47,597 nucleotides of DNA from Octopus bimaculoides (GCF_001194135.2 NC_068981.1:93541654-93589250), one strand, 5' to 3'; numbered from the stretch's first letter, positions 1-13,489 are shown. Notes: generated from the sequence alone by a model not told the origin. Numbers and translations: made by a program.

Positions 1-115
1 TTGAAAATTAAATTAAAGCATTTATATAAAATGTATGTATGAACATTGTTCTTCAAGTGGTTCCAACGATGAACATTTAGTTGTTCGATGAAGAAAACTA
101 TCTATTCTTTTTTTT

Positions 116-306
116 CTCTAGGCACAAGGCTCGAAATTTTGGGGGAGGAGTAAAGTCGATTAGATCGTCCCCAGTGCGCAACTGGTGCTTAATTTATCGA
201 CCCCGAAAGGGTGAAAGGCAAATTCGACCTCGGCGGAATTTGAACTCAGAACGTAAAGACAGACAAAATGCCACTAAGCATTTCACCCGGCGTGCTAACG
301 TTTTCT
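116..306 (-). mobile_element. tRNA-derived SINE, family A (5' head truncated)
   Basis: Reverse complement carries the B-box-like GAGTTCAAATTCC and the body GCCTTTCACCCTTTCGGGGTCGATAAATTAAGCACCAGTT; homologous to about 10 other copies in the window. Confidence 0.85.
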
Positions 307-1519
307 ATTTCTTTATTGCCCACAAGTGGCTAAACATAGAGCCACCATCCTTAAACCCATTTCAATACAATGGTAAATGACTAAATAATTAAATGAACGG
401 TGAATAGGAAGGGGATTCCCCCTTCCTCTCTTCTCTCTCCCTCTCACTACCTATCTATCTATGTCTGACTATCTATCTATCCATTTATGAGCCTATCTGC
501 CCACCTATCTTTCTATTTATCTATCTCCATTGTCATAGAAGCTCACCCCCAACAAACAAAAACAATGTGTTCCTCTTCTAAAAAAAAAACATAAAACATG
601 ATTTATATAAATGAACAAGCTGTTTGTACATTCACAAAATTCTATTTGACAAGTTCTCCATATTCAATATCTGTACACCACACCTTACATTCTACACACA
701 CACACGCACACACACAAATATATATATACATATATAGAGAGATAGATACATATATATATACACCNNNNNNNNNNNNNNNNNNNNNNNNNNNNNNNNNNNN
801 NNNNNNNNNNNNNNNNNNNNNNNNNNNNNNNNNNNNNNNNNNNNNNNNNNNNNNNNNNNNNNNNNNNNNNNNNNNNNNNNNNNNNNNNNNNNNNNNNNNN
901 NNTAGGGGCGAAAAATTGAATATTTGATTAATATCAATTTAAAAGCAGTGGCCTGACCGAGGAACATCACTGACCACTAAGAAAACTGTGCATCAAAACA
1001 AAATTACTATTTACATTCGTGGCTCCACTGGTGACTAGTGAGCCCAGCTCATCATTGACATACAAATCTACAGATACTACACACGGAATTTTTTCCATCT
1101 GGCAGTACGTTCCATTCATCTAGCGGCGGCGACTGTTGTGGTGCCGTTGGTAATGATGGCGGCGATGGTAATCGTGCTATTGATTTTGCTGCTTATAGTG
1201 GTTATGTATTTCTGTCTTCTAACAATGAGGATTTAGGTGTTCAGTTGACTGAATTACCAGCTCGTTTTAGTAATTCTAAAACAGTTCTAAAGCAGAATAG
1301 GCATGACACACTGTGTGAGAAGGCTATTGCTTTTGAATCACAAGCAGAATCCTACAAACGCGATTCTTTACTCAACAGTTATTGGTCGACTCGACGCCAT
1401 GGAAAATTACACAGACCCAAGATGCCGCGCAGTAGCATCAAATCTGGAACGCTGTAGTTGCGACGCAAACTTGCTAACTATTTGGAAATACTACTCCTAC
1501 ATACTGCAATACAAAGTAA

Positions 1520-1900
1520 TGAAAGGAGAAGAAAATTTATTACTTTAAACACTAAACTTGTAATTATTAAACTGTTTGATGATGATTAAAACAGAAATTA
1601 CGATTGGGTGATTTTTGACTCTTTTAATGAGTCAACAATACAAATATTTTGGACTAAATTAACGATGAATTTGCTCAACGTAACGCGGCTTCTGCATAAT
1701 GGAAGTTGATTAATGGTTAAAATGGAGAATCTATTAAAACTTTGATTGAAAGATCATTCAACAAAAGCGAATTTCAATTACCACTAATGATACTATGATC
1801 AAAGATCTTAGCCATTTTTGTTTCTTAAATGAAACAATTATCAAGGGGTGACTGTAAGATTCCATGCATCGGAGTATAAGTTTTAAATAATTCAAAAACT
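1520..1900 (+). mobile_element. pogo/Tigger-like transposase N-terminal (CENP-B-type HTH) relic
   Basis: Manual translation RRRKFITLNTKLVIIKLFDDD*...FNESTIQIF and later VRFHASEYKF resembles the Tigger pattern KRK.ITL..KL.II...LNESTI..I and F.AS.GWF; stops are present. Confidence 0.4.
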
Positions 1901-2725
1901 TATGTAGAAATGAAAAACTTAAACGTAATACTAGAAGATTTGGTTGCGGCTAAATCTGTTGAATGGAAGAAAGTAATCGAACAAAACAGTGATAGAATGT
2001 AGTGTGTGTTTAAGAGCCATAGATTCTGCTAAACATTGATAACTAGTATGGATTTGTATGTTGATAGAAGTATGCTCGTCAGCCAATGTTCAGGTAATCA
2101 CATTGATTGTTATAACAAAATCTATGCTGAGAAGTAAAGGTAAAATAGTTGAATTAGGTTTCTCTGTAATTCGATAAAATAAAGTATCAAGTAGTGAGGT
2201 CCATTGTATCGATTACCATTTTTCCCCACCCCCACCAAATATTTGTGCCCATGACAGAAACAATTGTTGTTATTATCCTCAATTACCCGGGCCGTTGTAG
2301 TCAATAAAAAATATCATCTTCATCATCATCATATTTATTTCTTTTTATCTCAGGTTTTGGTGGAACTCTTGGAGTCTTGCATGCGCAGCATGCTGGATGC
2401 CTGTTTAAACCATCAAACTTCAGAACCAAATATTTCTCTGCACCCATAAACACTATTTTTCCAGATCTATTTCCTATTGAGTTTTCACAAAGGATAAAAG
2501 AGGGAGACAGAAGAAAGAAAATGTCTAACCTATATGAAAACTATGGAAATATTTACAAAACATTTCATTTAATTTTTTTCTTCAATTTGTTTTTCTTCTT
2601 AAATAATATCCACCTGTGTTTTACTCTTAATTGAAAAAGTTGAAAAGACTGAAACCTCCACTTACCGTCAGAAAATGTATTTCTAGATAAAATTATTTCA
2701 GCATTTTCTACCTTGTCTTATTTTC

Positions 2726-2761
<36 letters not shown>

Positions 2762-3435
2762 AACATTCATAAATACATATATCTAGAAGTACATTGTAAT
2801 TTAATTATTGCATTCGCCTAATTAAATCAATTTTGTAATTAACTGTGCACAAATAAAAGGCTTCTCTCTATACATATATATGTATATGAGTATGTGTCTA
2901 TGTATGTCTATGTATGCCTATGTATATGTTTGTGGACGTGCGGATGTGCATCTATATATATGAAAGTACGTTATGCTTTTCTACTGATGAACGGACAAAT
3001 ACAGTTATACATATTTTGGTGTAATAAAGCACATTTTCTGTTCGTAACTTGTAGATGTATCTATCACAGCTTAAAACATGGACGCATTTAGATAGACATA
3101 TACTTATAATTACACTTTTTATATCACCGTCATATTTATCTGTATTTGTCAGTTATTGTCTTTTTTTTAGATTGTCTGTGGTGCTCTGGTAGGGGTTCCA
3201 TAACTGATTCGAAATTTGATTGCATCTGTGTCTTCTTTCATAGATTTTTGTCTTGTTTTTTTTGTTTTTGCATTATCTCCAACTTTGTGATCGCACGTCC
3301 ACTCGGCGCTGTTTACTATATCGTAAAGACAATCACGCTCCAGAAGCCACATATAAATTTGTATACATCTATACACACATACAAACCCACACATATATGT
3401 GTGCGGAATATATATATAGATATATTCAAACATCT

Positions 3436-3495
<60 letters not shown>

Positions 3496-4787
3496 NNNNN
3501 NNNNNNNNNNNNNNNNNNNNNNNNNNNNNNNNNNNNNNNNNNNNNNNNNNNNNNNNNNNNNNNNNNNNNNNNNNNNNNNNNNNNNNNNNNNNNNNNNNNN
3601 NNNNNNNNNNNNNNNNNNNNNNNNNNNNNNNNNNNNNNNNNNNNNNNNNNNNNNNNNNNNNNNNNNNNNNNNNNNNNNNNNNNNNNNNNNNNNNNNNNNN
3701 NNNNNNNNNNNNNNNNNNNNNNNNNNNNNNNNNNNNNNNNNNNNNNNNNNNNNNNNNNNNNNNNNNNNNNNNNNNNNNNNNNNNNNNNNNNNNNNNNNNN
3801 NNNNNNNNNNNNNNNNNNNNNNNNNNNNNNNNNNNNNNNNNNNNNNNNNNNNNNNNNNNNNNNNNNNNNNNNNNNNNNNNNNNNNNNNNNNNNNNNNNNN
3901 NNNNNNNNNNNNNNNNNNNNNNNNNNNNNNNNNNNNNNNNNNNNNNNNNNNNNNNNNNNNNNNNNNNNNNNNNNNNNNNNNNNNNNNNNNNNNNNNNNNN
4001 NNNNNNNNNNNNNNNNNNNNNNNNNNNNNNNNNNNNNNNNNNNNNNNNNNNNNNNNNNNNNNNNNNNNNNNNNNNNNNNNNNNNNNNNNNNNNNNNNNNN
4101 NNNNNNNNNNNNNNNNNNNNNNNNNNNNNNNNNNNNNNNNNNNNNNNNNNNNNNNNNNNNNNNNNNNNNNNNNNNNNNNNNNNNNNNNNNNNNNNNNNNN
4201 NNNNNNNNNNNNNNNNNNNNNNNNNNNNNNNNNNNNNNNNNNNNNNNNNNNNNNNNNNNNNNNNNNNNNNNNNNNNNNNNNNNNNNNNNNNNNNNNNNNN
4301 NNNNNNNNNNNNNNNNNNNNNNNNNNNNNNNNNNNNNNNNNNNNNNNNNNNNNNNNNNNNNNNNNNNNNNNNNNTATATATATATATATGCCAATTTACA
4401 TATATTTGTAACTAGAAGTAAACGTATTCCAGTTGTTTTTATTTGGATATATAAATTTCATGAAGCCCAAACTAACGTTAAATGAGAATATTATAATATT
4501 TTACGGTATATAAGAACAATAATATATTTTTGAAGAAATATTTTTCTATATATTTTATTCGGAATTCTCTTTATTTTGTGTGTATTAGTTAGGAGTTGAG
4601 TAAGATAGATGCTTTGTGAATAATAATATATTGCCAATAATAGTCATCTTCCATATAATAGACACTCGCTTTACAGTCATCTAAATTGATTTTCTTTAAA
4701 TTTAAAATATATATATCAAAACACAAATACACACAATTAAATACACGCACACATACATGTAGACATACATATGTATATACGTACGCG

Positions 4788-4830
<43 letters not shown>

Positions 4831-4845
4831 ATGTGTGTGTATGTG

Positions 4846-4881
<36 letters not shown>

Positions 4882-5294
4882 NNNNNNNNNNNNNNNNNNN
4901 NNNNNNNNNNNNNNNNNNNNNNNNNNNNNNNNNNNNNNNNNNNNNNNNNNNNNNNNNNNNNNNNNNNNNNNNNNNNNNNNNNNNNNNNNNNNNNNNNNNN
5001 NNNNNNNNNNNNNNNNNNNNNNNNNNNNNNNNNNNNNNNNNNNNNNNNNNNNNNNNNNNNNNNNNNNNNNNNNNNNNNNNNNNNNNNNNNNNNNNNNNNN
5101 NNNNNNNNNNNNNNNNNNNNNNNNNNNNNNNNNNNNNNNNNNNNNNNNNNNNNNNNNNNNNNNNNNNNNNNNNNNNNNNNNNNNNNNNNNNNNNNNNNNN
5201 NNNNNNNNNNNNNNNNNNNNNNNNNNNNNNNNNNNNNNNNNNNNNNNNNNNNNNNNNNNNNNNNNNNNNNNNNNNNNNNNNNNNNNNNNNNNNN

Positions 5295-5348
<54 letters not shown>

Positions 5349-5718
5349 TTTACGTGTGTGCATACACATGCCTGTGTGCGTATATATACATATGAGTATT
5401 GTGTGTGTATGTGATTAGGTGTGCATTTATTGATTTATTGCTTCTTTTTCTTTACTTCCTTTATTCCTTTCCATTTGTCTTACTTTCAGCCTGTCTTACC
5501 GTCTCTCTTCAAAATTACTGCCCAACATGTCTTCCCTCAGTAACATAATTTTTTTATCGCATTTTTTTTATCTCCAATCTAATATAATTTAATGATATCT
5601 TGGTTTCTCTTCTGTATCGATTTTATTTTATTACATCTTATTGCCTCTTATGCTGAGCATACATACTATTATACATTTGTACCCTCCTAAATAACAGATG
5701 CATACACACTTCACGTGT

Positions 5719-5750
<32 letters not shown>

Positions 5751-6199
5751 TGGCGGGGTACGTATTATATGTGTGCGTGTTATGTGTGTGTTTATATGTG
5801 TATGCATGCTGATCTCTTTCTGGGATTTTTTCTAATAAATTCTCTTACAACTAAGGAGTTTTTTTCTGACAAAGGAACAATATTACGTTGCTAGAATTAG
5901 GATAACAAACATAATCAGAGCTACGTGTTGCACATTGAAAGGTCTTACTATTCTGCTTGTTTGCTGCATTTGCAGCATTCGTCTTTGCTAGATTTTTTTT
6001 TTCAGGAAACCATAGCATTTTGAAATTCTCAACAAAAACATTTCCTGACATATCTGCATGCATCTGTAATTATAGTTATCAGTTTCAATTTATAAGGCAA
6101 TTTATAAGCTCTAGATTCCCAGACAATTCCCCTTAAATATTCTCATCCTAATATATAACTTCTGCATTTATATGCACGTGTATGTAAATAAATGAATAC

Positions 6200-6202
6200 A
6201 TA

Positions 6203-6233
<31 letters not shown>

Positions 6234-6273
6234 AGATATATATATATAGAGAGAGAGAGAGAGTGAGAGGGGG

Positions 6274-6304
<31 letters not shown>

Positions 6305-6348
6305 CGACAGACAGACAGACAAACAGGCAGGCAGACAGGCAGACAGAA

Positions 6349-6424
<76 letters not shown>

Positions 6425-6520
6425 TTGTGTGCCTGTTTCTGTGTATGTGTGTGTGTGTGTATATCTATGTATGTGCGTACCTGTGTGTGCGTGAGAGCGT
6501 GCGTGTGCGTGTGTGTGTGG
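6200..6520. repeat. compound microsatellite (TA)(TAGA)(GA)(GACA)(GATA)(TG)
   Basis: Directly visible. Confidence 0.95.
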
Positions 6521-6660
6521 GTTTGAAGATGCATGGACTTGGGGTTAGAGTGTTGCACTTACGATCGCAAGATCTTGGTTTAAATCCCTAGACCGTGTCT
6601 TGTGTCTGGAGCAAAATAGGTCATTTCACTTTGCTCCAGTCATCTCAACTGTAAATGTTA
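6520..6660 (+). mobile_element. degenerate tRNA-derived SINE, family C
   Basis: tRNA-like head GGTTAGAGTGTTGCAC...GGTTTAAATCCC followed by body TTGTGTCTGGAGCAAAA...CACTTTGCTCCAGTC. Confidence 0.4.
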
Positions 6661-6780
6661 ATCAGACGACGTTCAAGGAGAATATTCGCCCGTCTCTATA
6701 TCCAGTGGAGTCTCTATATCCGGTGGAGTCGCATCATTCAGTAGCTACAATAATGCGAAGAACTAGATGGTACAGCAATA

Positions 6781-7330
6781 TACGAGTTGCGTTCCAGAAA
6801 TTTTAAAACTTTTTTTTTAGATATTAATTCTCCCAAAATGTACAAGACTTTAGTCTCCTTCAAACTAGGATGCTTTGAATTCAATGAATTTGTAGTGTTC
6901 CAACCACTTCATGAAGGCCCGTGGTGTCCGGGACCCTTGCTGCAACCTCCTTCGTGATTTTTAATGTTTTCAAAACGAATGCCCCTGGGCCTCTCTTTCA
7001 GCTTGAGATACAACCAAAGTCACGGCGAGCAATGTCTAAACTGTAGGGAGGGTGAGAAAATGCCTATTTATGTCAGTTAATTGCTTACCAGGATGGAATT
7101 GAGGACTGGTGCATTATCTTGGTACAGGTGCCACTGACCCGAATTGAAGAGCTCTGGCCTTTTGTGACGAAACCTCTTCCTGAAGTGCTTCTAAACCTCC
7201 CTAAAGTACTCTGTATTGACCGTCTGGCTAGAGGTAACACTGTCGAAAAAGTAAGCATCATGGTGACAATTTGCCCATCGCATCCTGTACATTGCTCTAT
7301 ATATATGTAAGCTATATTCCTCTGGAATAT
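6781..7330 (-). mobile_element. mariner transposase C-terminal relic
   Basis: Minus-strand translation SQTVNTEYFREV*KHFRKRFRHKRPELFNSGQWHLYQDNAP...HPPYSLDIA matches the mariner HQDNAP and HPPYSPDLAP motifs; the left end TACGAG is preceded by TA. Confidence 0.85.
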
Positions 7331-7534
7331 TGAAATCATGAGATTTATTGCTGCTTGCTTCATTACCCCGGTTTTCACTTGCCTCACTTTCTAAATGATC
7401 TCAGTTAGGTTCAGGTAAGGACATAAAAAACGAGTAAATTCTATTATTTACTCTCTATTTCTGCCATTGACATATAGAATTATACTCCGTATATTTTCTT
7501 AATCCATAGCATTTCAGTTGCCTCTGATGTCAAA

Positions 7535-7688
7535 ATGCTTGGCAAAGATTATTTGACTACGATACGTCCTATTAGAAGACATGGGATTTCTTGCACCTGC
7601 CAAGCTCAGTCGATTCAGCTATTATTCTTTGTCACTGTCATCTTTCAATCATGTTTATTTATCCACAAAACAATTCGAAGTACTCAAG
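7535..7688 (+). CDS. candidate start-codon exon encoding a hydrophobic signal/TM-like segment
   Basis: Acceptor catttcag|7518, aaaATG at 7535, donor caag|gtaaac after 7688 (phase 1); peptide MLGKDYLTTIRPIRRHGISCTCQAQSIQLLFFVTVIFQSCLFIHKTIRSTQ. No homology recognised. Confidence 0.2.
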
Positions 7689-8268
7689 GTAAACATACAA
7701 ACGACACTATGAAGAAAATAAAACCTGAAGATTCTTTTAATAGCAAAATCTTCCATGTTATTGTTACTAGTGGATGATGTTTAATCTAAATACTGGAATT
7801 TAGATAAATAGTTTAAATCTACGAGTGATGAAAACAACGAAATATCAAGAATATTAACGTTACTATTTAGTTAATCGAAGAATAAACGGATTTGCGAGAA
7901 TGAAAGGATACAGTAACAAAGAAATAAAAAGTTTTAATGTGATTATTGTTTAGTCAAAGTATTAATAACAGCAAATCAACAAAGTCATTATGAACAACAA
8001 ATATACTGTTTTAAAGTTTGCATTAATGATTAGAAATGAAACATTAATATGCAATGTCTATTGAGTAATTTTATAATTATTTTGAAATATACAAAAGCTT
8101 GATTATAATTTTTCTTAATCGTTATTCGAAATAATTTTCTTAGATAAATATTCCGAATCTTCAGTTGGGCAAGAAACCTACAATGGAACAGCAGAAAATA
8201 TAACTACTTCTGCAGATTAGTCGAAATTTTAACAACAGTGAAAAACAAGTTACTTAAATGATAATTGA

Positions 8269-8418
8269 TTCTGAGTTCAAATTCTGCCTAGGTTAGATTT
8301 GCCTTTCCTCATTTCGGAGTGGATAAAATAAGTACCATTTGAATACTGGGGTCGATGTAATCGAATTGCACTCTCCCCTAGACATGCTAACCTTCTGCCA
8401 AAATTTGAGACCAATATG
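8269..8418 (+). mobile_element. SINE family A, 5'-truncated
   Basis: TTCTGAGTTCAAATTC...GATAAAATAAGTACC...ACTGGGGTCGATGTAATCGA...GCCAAAATTTGAGACC. Confidence 0.8.
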
Positions 8419-9954
8419 GTAACTGATTAATCAAAGAATCTATTCAGTGTCTAATTGCGAACAAAAGCAACAAAAATAAGTTGTTAGCACGGGTATTTTC
8501 TGAATATAACGATTAATATGTAGAGCGGTAGCTTTGATAAACAAGAGGACTAACTGAACAAATGAACTAATATGAGAAATAGGGAATACAGCTAAAGGAA
8601 ATTTCAATTTGCATAACATATCTTCCTGTGTAGGATAAACTTATTATGATGTCGGATTGTTCCATCAAAATTTGAACATGCATTATTGAGGTAAATAAGT
8701 TTGTCGCCCGAAACATTGGGGAAAAATTCGATAAATGTATAATTAGACATATATATTGCGTGATAAAGTGATATTGAAATAAAGATGGAAAGACTCAGTT
8801 TGACACCGCAAATATTCGTAATTTTGGGGAAGACGACAATAGGCGGCCGCCGTATGTAGATAGATAGATACTCATTTATATGTGTATACATGCAAACGAA
8901 TATATATGTATATATAAACACACATACACACACACACGCAGAATCGCACACAGACACACACACATGTATATTATATATATATGTACGTATGTATGTATCT
9001 ATGTATGGATGCGTGTGTGTGAATTCATATCTCTGAGGATATATCAAATGAACGTAATTCTCTTCCTTTGGTTTCTACAAACATTAGTGTTATGCGTCTG
9101 CCACAAGGAAAANNNNNNNNNNNNNNNNNNNNNNNNNNNNNNNNNNNNNNNNNNNNNNNNNNNNNNNNNNNNNNNNNNNNNNNNNNNNNNNNNNNNNNNN
9201 NNNNNNNNNNNNNNNNNNNNNNNNNNNNNNNNNNNNNNNNNNNNNNNNNNNNNNNNNNNNNNNNNNNNNNNNNNNNNNNNNNNNNNNNNNNNNNNNNNNN
9301 NNNNNNNNNNNNNNNNNNNNNNNNNNNNNNNNNNNNNNNNNNNNNNNNNNNNNNNNNNNNNNNNNNNNNNNNNNNNNNNNNNNNNNNNNNNNNNNNNNNN
9401 NNNNNNNNNNNNNNNNNNNNNNNNNNNNNNNNNNNNNNNNNNNNNNNNNNNNNNNNNNNNNNNNNNNNNNNNNNNNNNNNNNNNNNNNNNNNNNNNNNNN
9501 NNNNNNNNNNNNNNNNNNNNNNNNNNNNNNNNNNNNNNNNNNNNNNNNNNNNNNNNNNNNNNNNNNNNNNNNNNNNNNNNNNNNNNNNNNNNNNNNNNNN
9601 NNNNNNNNNNNNNNNNNNNNNNNNNNNNNNNNNNNNNNNNNNNNNNNNNNNNNNNNNNNNNNNNNNNNNNNNNNNNNNNNNNNNNNNNNNNNNNNNNNNN
9701 NNNNNNNNNNNNNNNNNNNNNNNNNNNNNNNNNNNNNNNNNNNNNNNNNNNNNNNNNNNNNNNNNNNNNNNNNNNNNNNNNNNNNNNNNNNNNNNNNNNN
9801 NNNNNNNNNNNNNNNNNNNNNNNNNNNNNNNNNNNNNNTGTAACACAACTAATAAGAATGTTTTCTGTAACTACGTTTATTACCACTCATTTAAAATTTT
9901 ATCGATATATATATATATATATCATTTATCATCTATAGAGGTAAAACAAAAAGA

Positions 9955-10170
9955 AGGTGGTGGGCTGACAGGATCGTTAGTACGTCGGGCAAAAGATTTA
10001 ACGGCATTTCGTCTGTCTTTACGTTCTGAGTTCAAATTTCACGGAGAACGACTTTGCTATTTATCCCTTCGGAATTCATAAATTAAGTACCAGTTTAGAA
10101 CTGGAGTCGATGTGGTCGACTTAGCCGCATCCCCGAAATTGCTAGCCTTGTGCCAAAATTTGAAATCATT
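9955..10170 (+). mobile_element. SINE family A, full length
   Basis: Head GGTGGTGGGCTGACAGGATCGTTAG, B box GAGTTCAAATTTC, family A body and tail. Confidence 0.85.
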
Positions 10171-11249
10171 ATGTAGTAGTAATCTTTGTTATATTAAACT
10201 AGCGGGACCCATGAATATTTCACGGAATCAATGGTAAATTTATTGGGTTATTTCTGAAAACTTTATCAAAAAAACCTGAAAGCGTAGCCTGTGTTGTTTC
10301 TGTGTGGAAAGATAGCCACTTAACTGCTACTCACTGAAAAATGAACGAAATTGGAATACGATGATTACTTAATGCACTTTATATATGCTCTTTGCATACT
10401 TCATGCACAATTTTATAAACTTAATACACAGCACTCATAAACAAAAAAATATCCCGTACATATGATATAACCTACAGTTAAATTGCATATATTTGCCTCG
10501 TAAATAAGTATGAATATTTCACGAAATTGCACTTATACGCATGCGTTAAGTGATAGGTAAAATAATACACTTAGTTCATTTTTTTCACCACAACCACCAG
10601 CACTAGCTCCACCGCCACCAGCTCCATCTCCACCATCATCATCTCCCTCTCTCCCTCCTATATATATATATATATATATATCTCTTCCCTTTCTTTGCCT
10701 TTCTTTAACCTCACCATCAGAACACCACCCTTCTGCTAAAACTACTACGTTCCCTCAACCTCACATCATGGGCGCTTCCCCCACCCTCTTTTTCCCCCAC
10801 CCTCTTTTTCCCTCACCCACTTTTTCTCTCAACCTCTTTTTCTTTCTCCCTCTACTCTTTGTCCCTCTTTCTTCTCTAATCGCGTGAAAGCGGTACCGAC
10901 GGGCTAAGTAACGCAATGACAAGCAGAATTATATTAAATTAAACAGCGCATATCTGCAGTGTCCGACCCTTCATTTTCATTCAAGTCATTTTGTATCAGT
11001 TACGCATATGCTGTCCGCCTGTAAAGGGATAGAAATTATTATTTTAACCATATATATTCCTACTAACGAGGAATAAAGAAAAATAGTCCATAATGTGGCC
11101 TTGAAACGCCTAAAAGTTCGGTATAGGCACAAACAGATTTCCTTTTATATGTCTCAACCCGAACAGGATTGGTCAGGGATTAAGTGTCAACAAGAATCCA
11201 AACATTGTGTCAAATAAAACTTTACGTATATTGGAATTGCTATCATTAA

Positions 11250-11468
11250 TGGTTTCAAATTTTGGCTTAAGGCCAGCAATTTTAGGGAGGAGAGTAAGTC
11301 GATTGCATCGATCCCAGTACTGACTGATATTTTATTTTATCGATTCCAAAATGATAAGAGGCAAAGTTGACTTCGACAGAAATTGAACTTAGAACGTAAA
11401 GATGCGGAGGAAATGCAGCTAAGCATTTTTCTTTGATACACTAACAATTCTTCTTGTTTGCTGCCTTC
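11250..11468 (-). mobile_element. SINE family A, full length, diverged
   Basis: Reverse-complement homology to 9955-10170. Confidence 0.8.
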
Positions 11469-12469
11469 AACTTACTATTATTAATAATATTGCAATGAGA
11501 TAAGTGCCACGCAGCGAAGTGTAAGTTACCGGTACTACTTACGGCTTACTTAATCTCTGAAAAGCTTAGTTTCGTGAAAATATGTGCACACTATATCATT
11601 TTCCCTCTTTGCCTTGTATGACGTTTTGTTGCATTGAAGATCATCAAAAACATTACGATAATCAGCTTCACCACTATCTTTTCTTTCTTTGTAGTTCTAT
11701 TAGAATTTCACATATCAATCGACATTTTATTATTTTTGTATCAAAATACATAGATACATCATGGAAAACATGCATTCAAATGTTTAACACTTTTGTTGCA
11801 GAAAGCTGAAGTATCCACTCAAAATTTCATTACCCTTAAGGGCAGAAAGCAGTTTTATATACCAATCTATCTTTCGTTGATGAATGCCGTTTGAAATTAT
11901 TTTCTGATGACATATATCAGGTTTATTGAAGCAATTTGATTTGCTCAAAATACTAATTCATTATTTTGGTAGATATTTAACATCGTTGTTGGAATAACCA
12001 TGAAATTTTATTTCGTTGTGAAAGGGTTAACGCTAATTAATTATCTTATTTTTTCTAGAATGTTTCTAAATTTACTATGATAGAGCATTAATTGATTTCT
12101 TTCCAGAATTTATTCTGTATCATTAAGGTTGTGAAAATTACAAATAAACATCACATTTTTACATGCATTAATACCTTTATTTTAGTTGCTAATTAGGCAC
12201 AATTCAAAACTTAAGAAGCATGATTTTTTTCGGCGGCGTCTTCACAACACTATATTCATTCGATATTTCTATATTAATGTTTCACATACTTTTCTTCTTA
12301 AATTTTAGAGTAGAAAATTATGCCACGCTTCGTATGTTTTATCAAGCGGTTTGTTTGCATCCTAGGGCTGTATAAAATGAGTGAATTCTCCTTTTCTAGT
12401 ATATTAGATTGTTCATATATGTATTACTGTCCTTTTTCCTGTAGCAAACAATAAATAAGGTGGCCAAAC

Positions 12470-12720
12470 AGATCATGATATATGCTCTCCAATGTCCCCT
12501 CTGTGATTTTATCAACATCAGGCAGACAGGCTGCTGATGAGTCGGTAGATTCACGGAGCAACCCAAGCACATCCAACTTCGCAACAAGTCAACTCTCTCT
12601 CAACATTTCCACTCCACCGACCAATCCCTCCAGTATTTGTCGGTCTTCAGCGAGATTGCCACCGCTGAATCCCCTACCACCGTCTGAATTGTCCACTTCA
12701 ATTCTTCTAAATTACTTTGA
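12470..12720 (+). mobile_element. Penelope-like element GIY-YIG endonuclease relic
   Basis: Translation MIYALQCPLCDFINIRQTGC**VGRFTEQPKHIQL...LSQHFHSTDQSLQYLSVF matches the PLE pattern IY.I.C..C...YIGQT.R....RF.EH...S.HF; a C/A-rich tail runs to about 13350. Confidence 0.65.
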
Positions 12721-13489
12721 ATCTACACCTGTTCCATCGCTATACAACTTCCCCTCTTCTTCCTACTCTCACGTCACACACAATCTTTTACTATCCACAT
12801 TTCACTCCTCACTACCCTCACATACACAATCATGTCCTTTCAACATACCAATACCTCCTCACACACCGCCCTCACCCACTCTTCCACCCCTGCCCCAAGC
12901 CTCACACCTCTAACACACGCACGCACTTAACTTCTTGTATTATTTTGTCCCCTTGTGACATACATACACATGTGCATTGTCACCTTTAAATGCACACACC
13001 CCCTCTCACATCGACTTATTTACATAAACCCAAACAAACCACTCTTCACAAAACAAACACATACATACACATTACCACTTTCACACGCTCCCCAATTTTT
13101 ACACTTATACAAGGATATACGTATAACACACCGGTACAGCGATGCATCCCGCAACACATTCGTACACTCACTCATTCTTCCTCAATCAGCCATGGCCATT
13201 TGGCTTCACAGCTATGTATCATACCGTGCTTCCCTCTTCACTGCCTTCCTCTCTACTACCACCGACTCTTTAGCTTATTAACTCATGCGTACACATATAT
13301 ATACACATACTCCGATAATAAAACACCTTCATGGACTAGGTAATTGTTTGGTAGGTCCCTCATAATTTGATTGCTTTTGGTCTTAATGTAAGTGTTGCCT
13401 TCTGCCCGTCACTGAAAGGTAGACTTGATACTGAACTAATTCTGGATAGAATCGTAACAAGTAAGGAAAAGTGGATTTTCTATATGCAA

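Noticed and set aside
8165-8220. Phase-compatible exon VGQETYNGTAENITTSAD after 7688
   Set aside because: It ends in a stop with no credible donor; likely chance.
8843-8850. NotI site GCGGCCGC
   Set aside because: A single 8-mer with no vector context.
11802-11920. Strong acceptor cttttgttgcag
   Set aside because: All three frames hit stops before a good donor.
12482-12913. 143-aa Ser/Pro-rich ORF
   Set aside because: An alternative frame over the Penelope-like relic and its C-rich tail.
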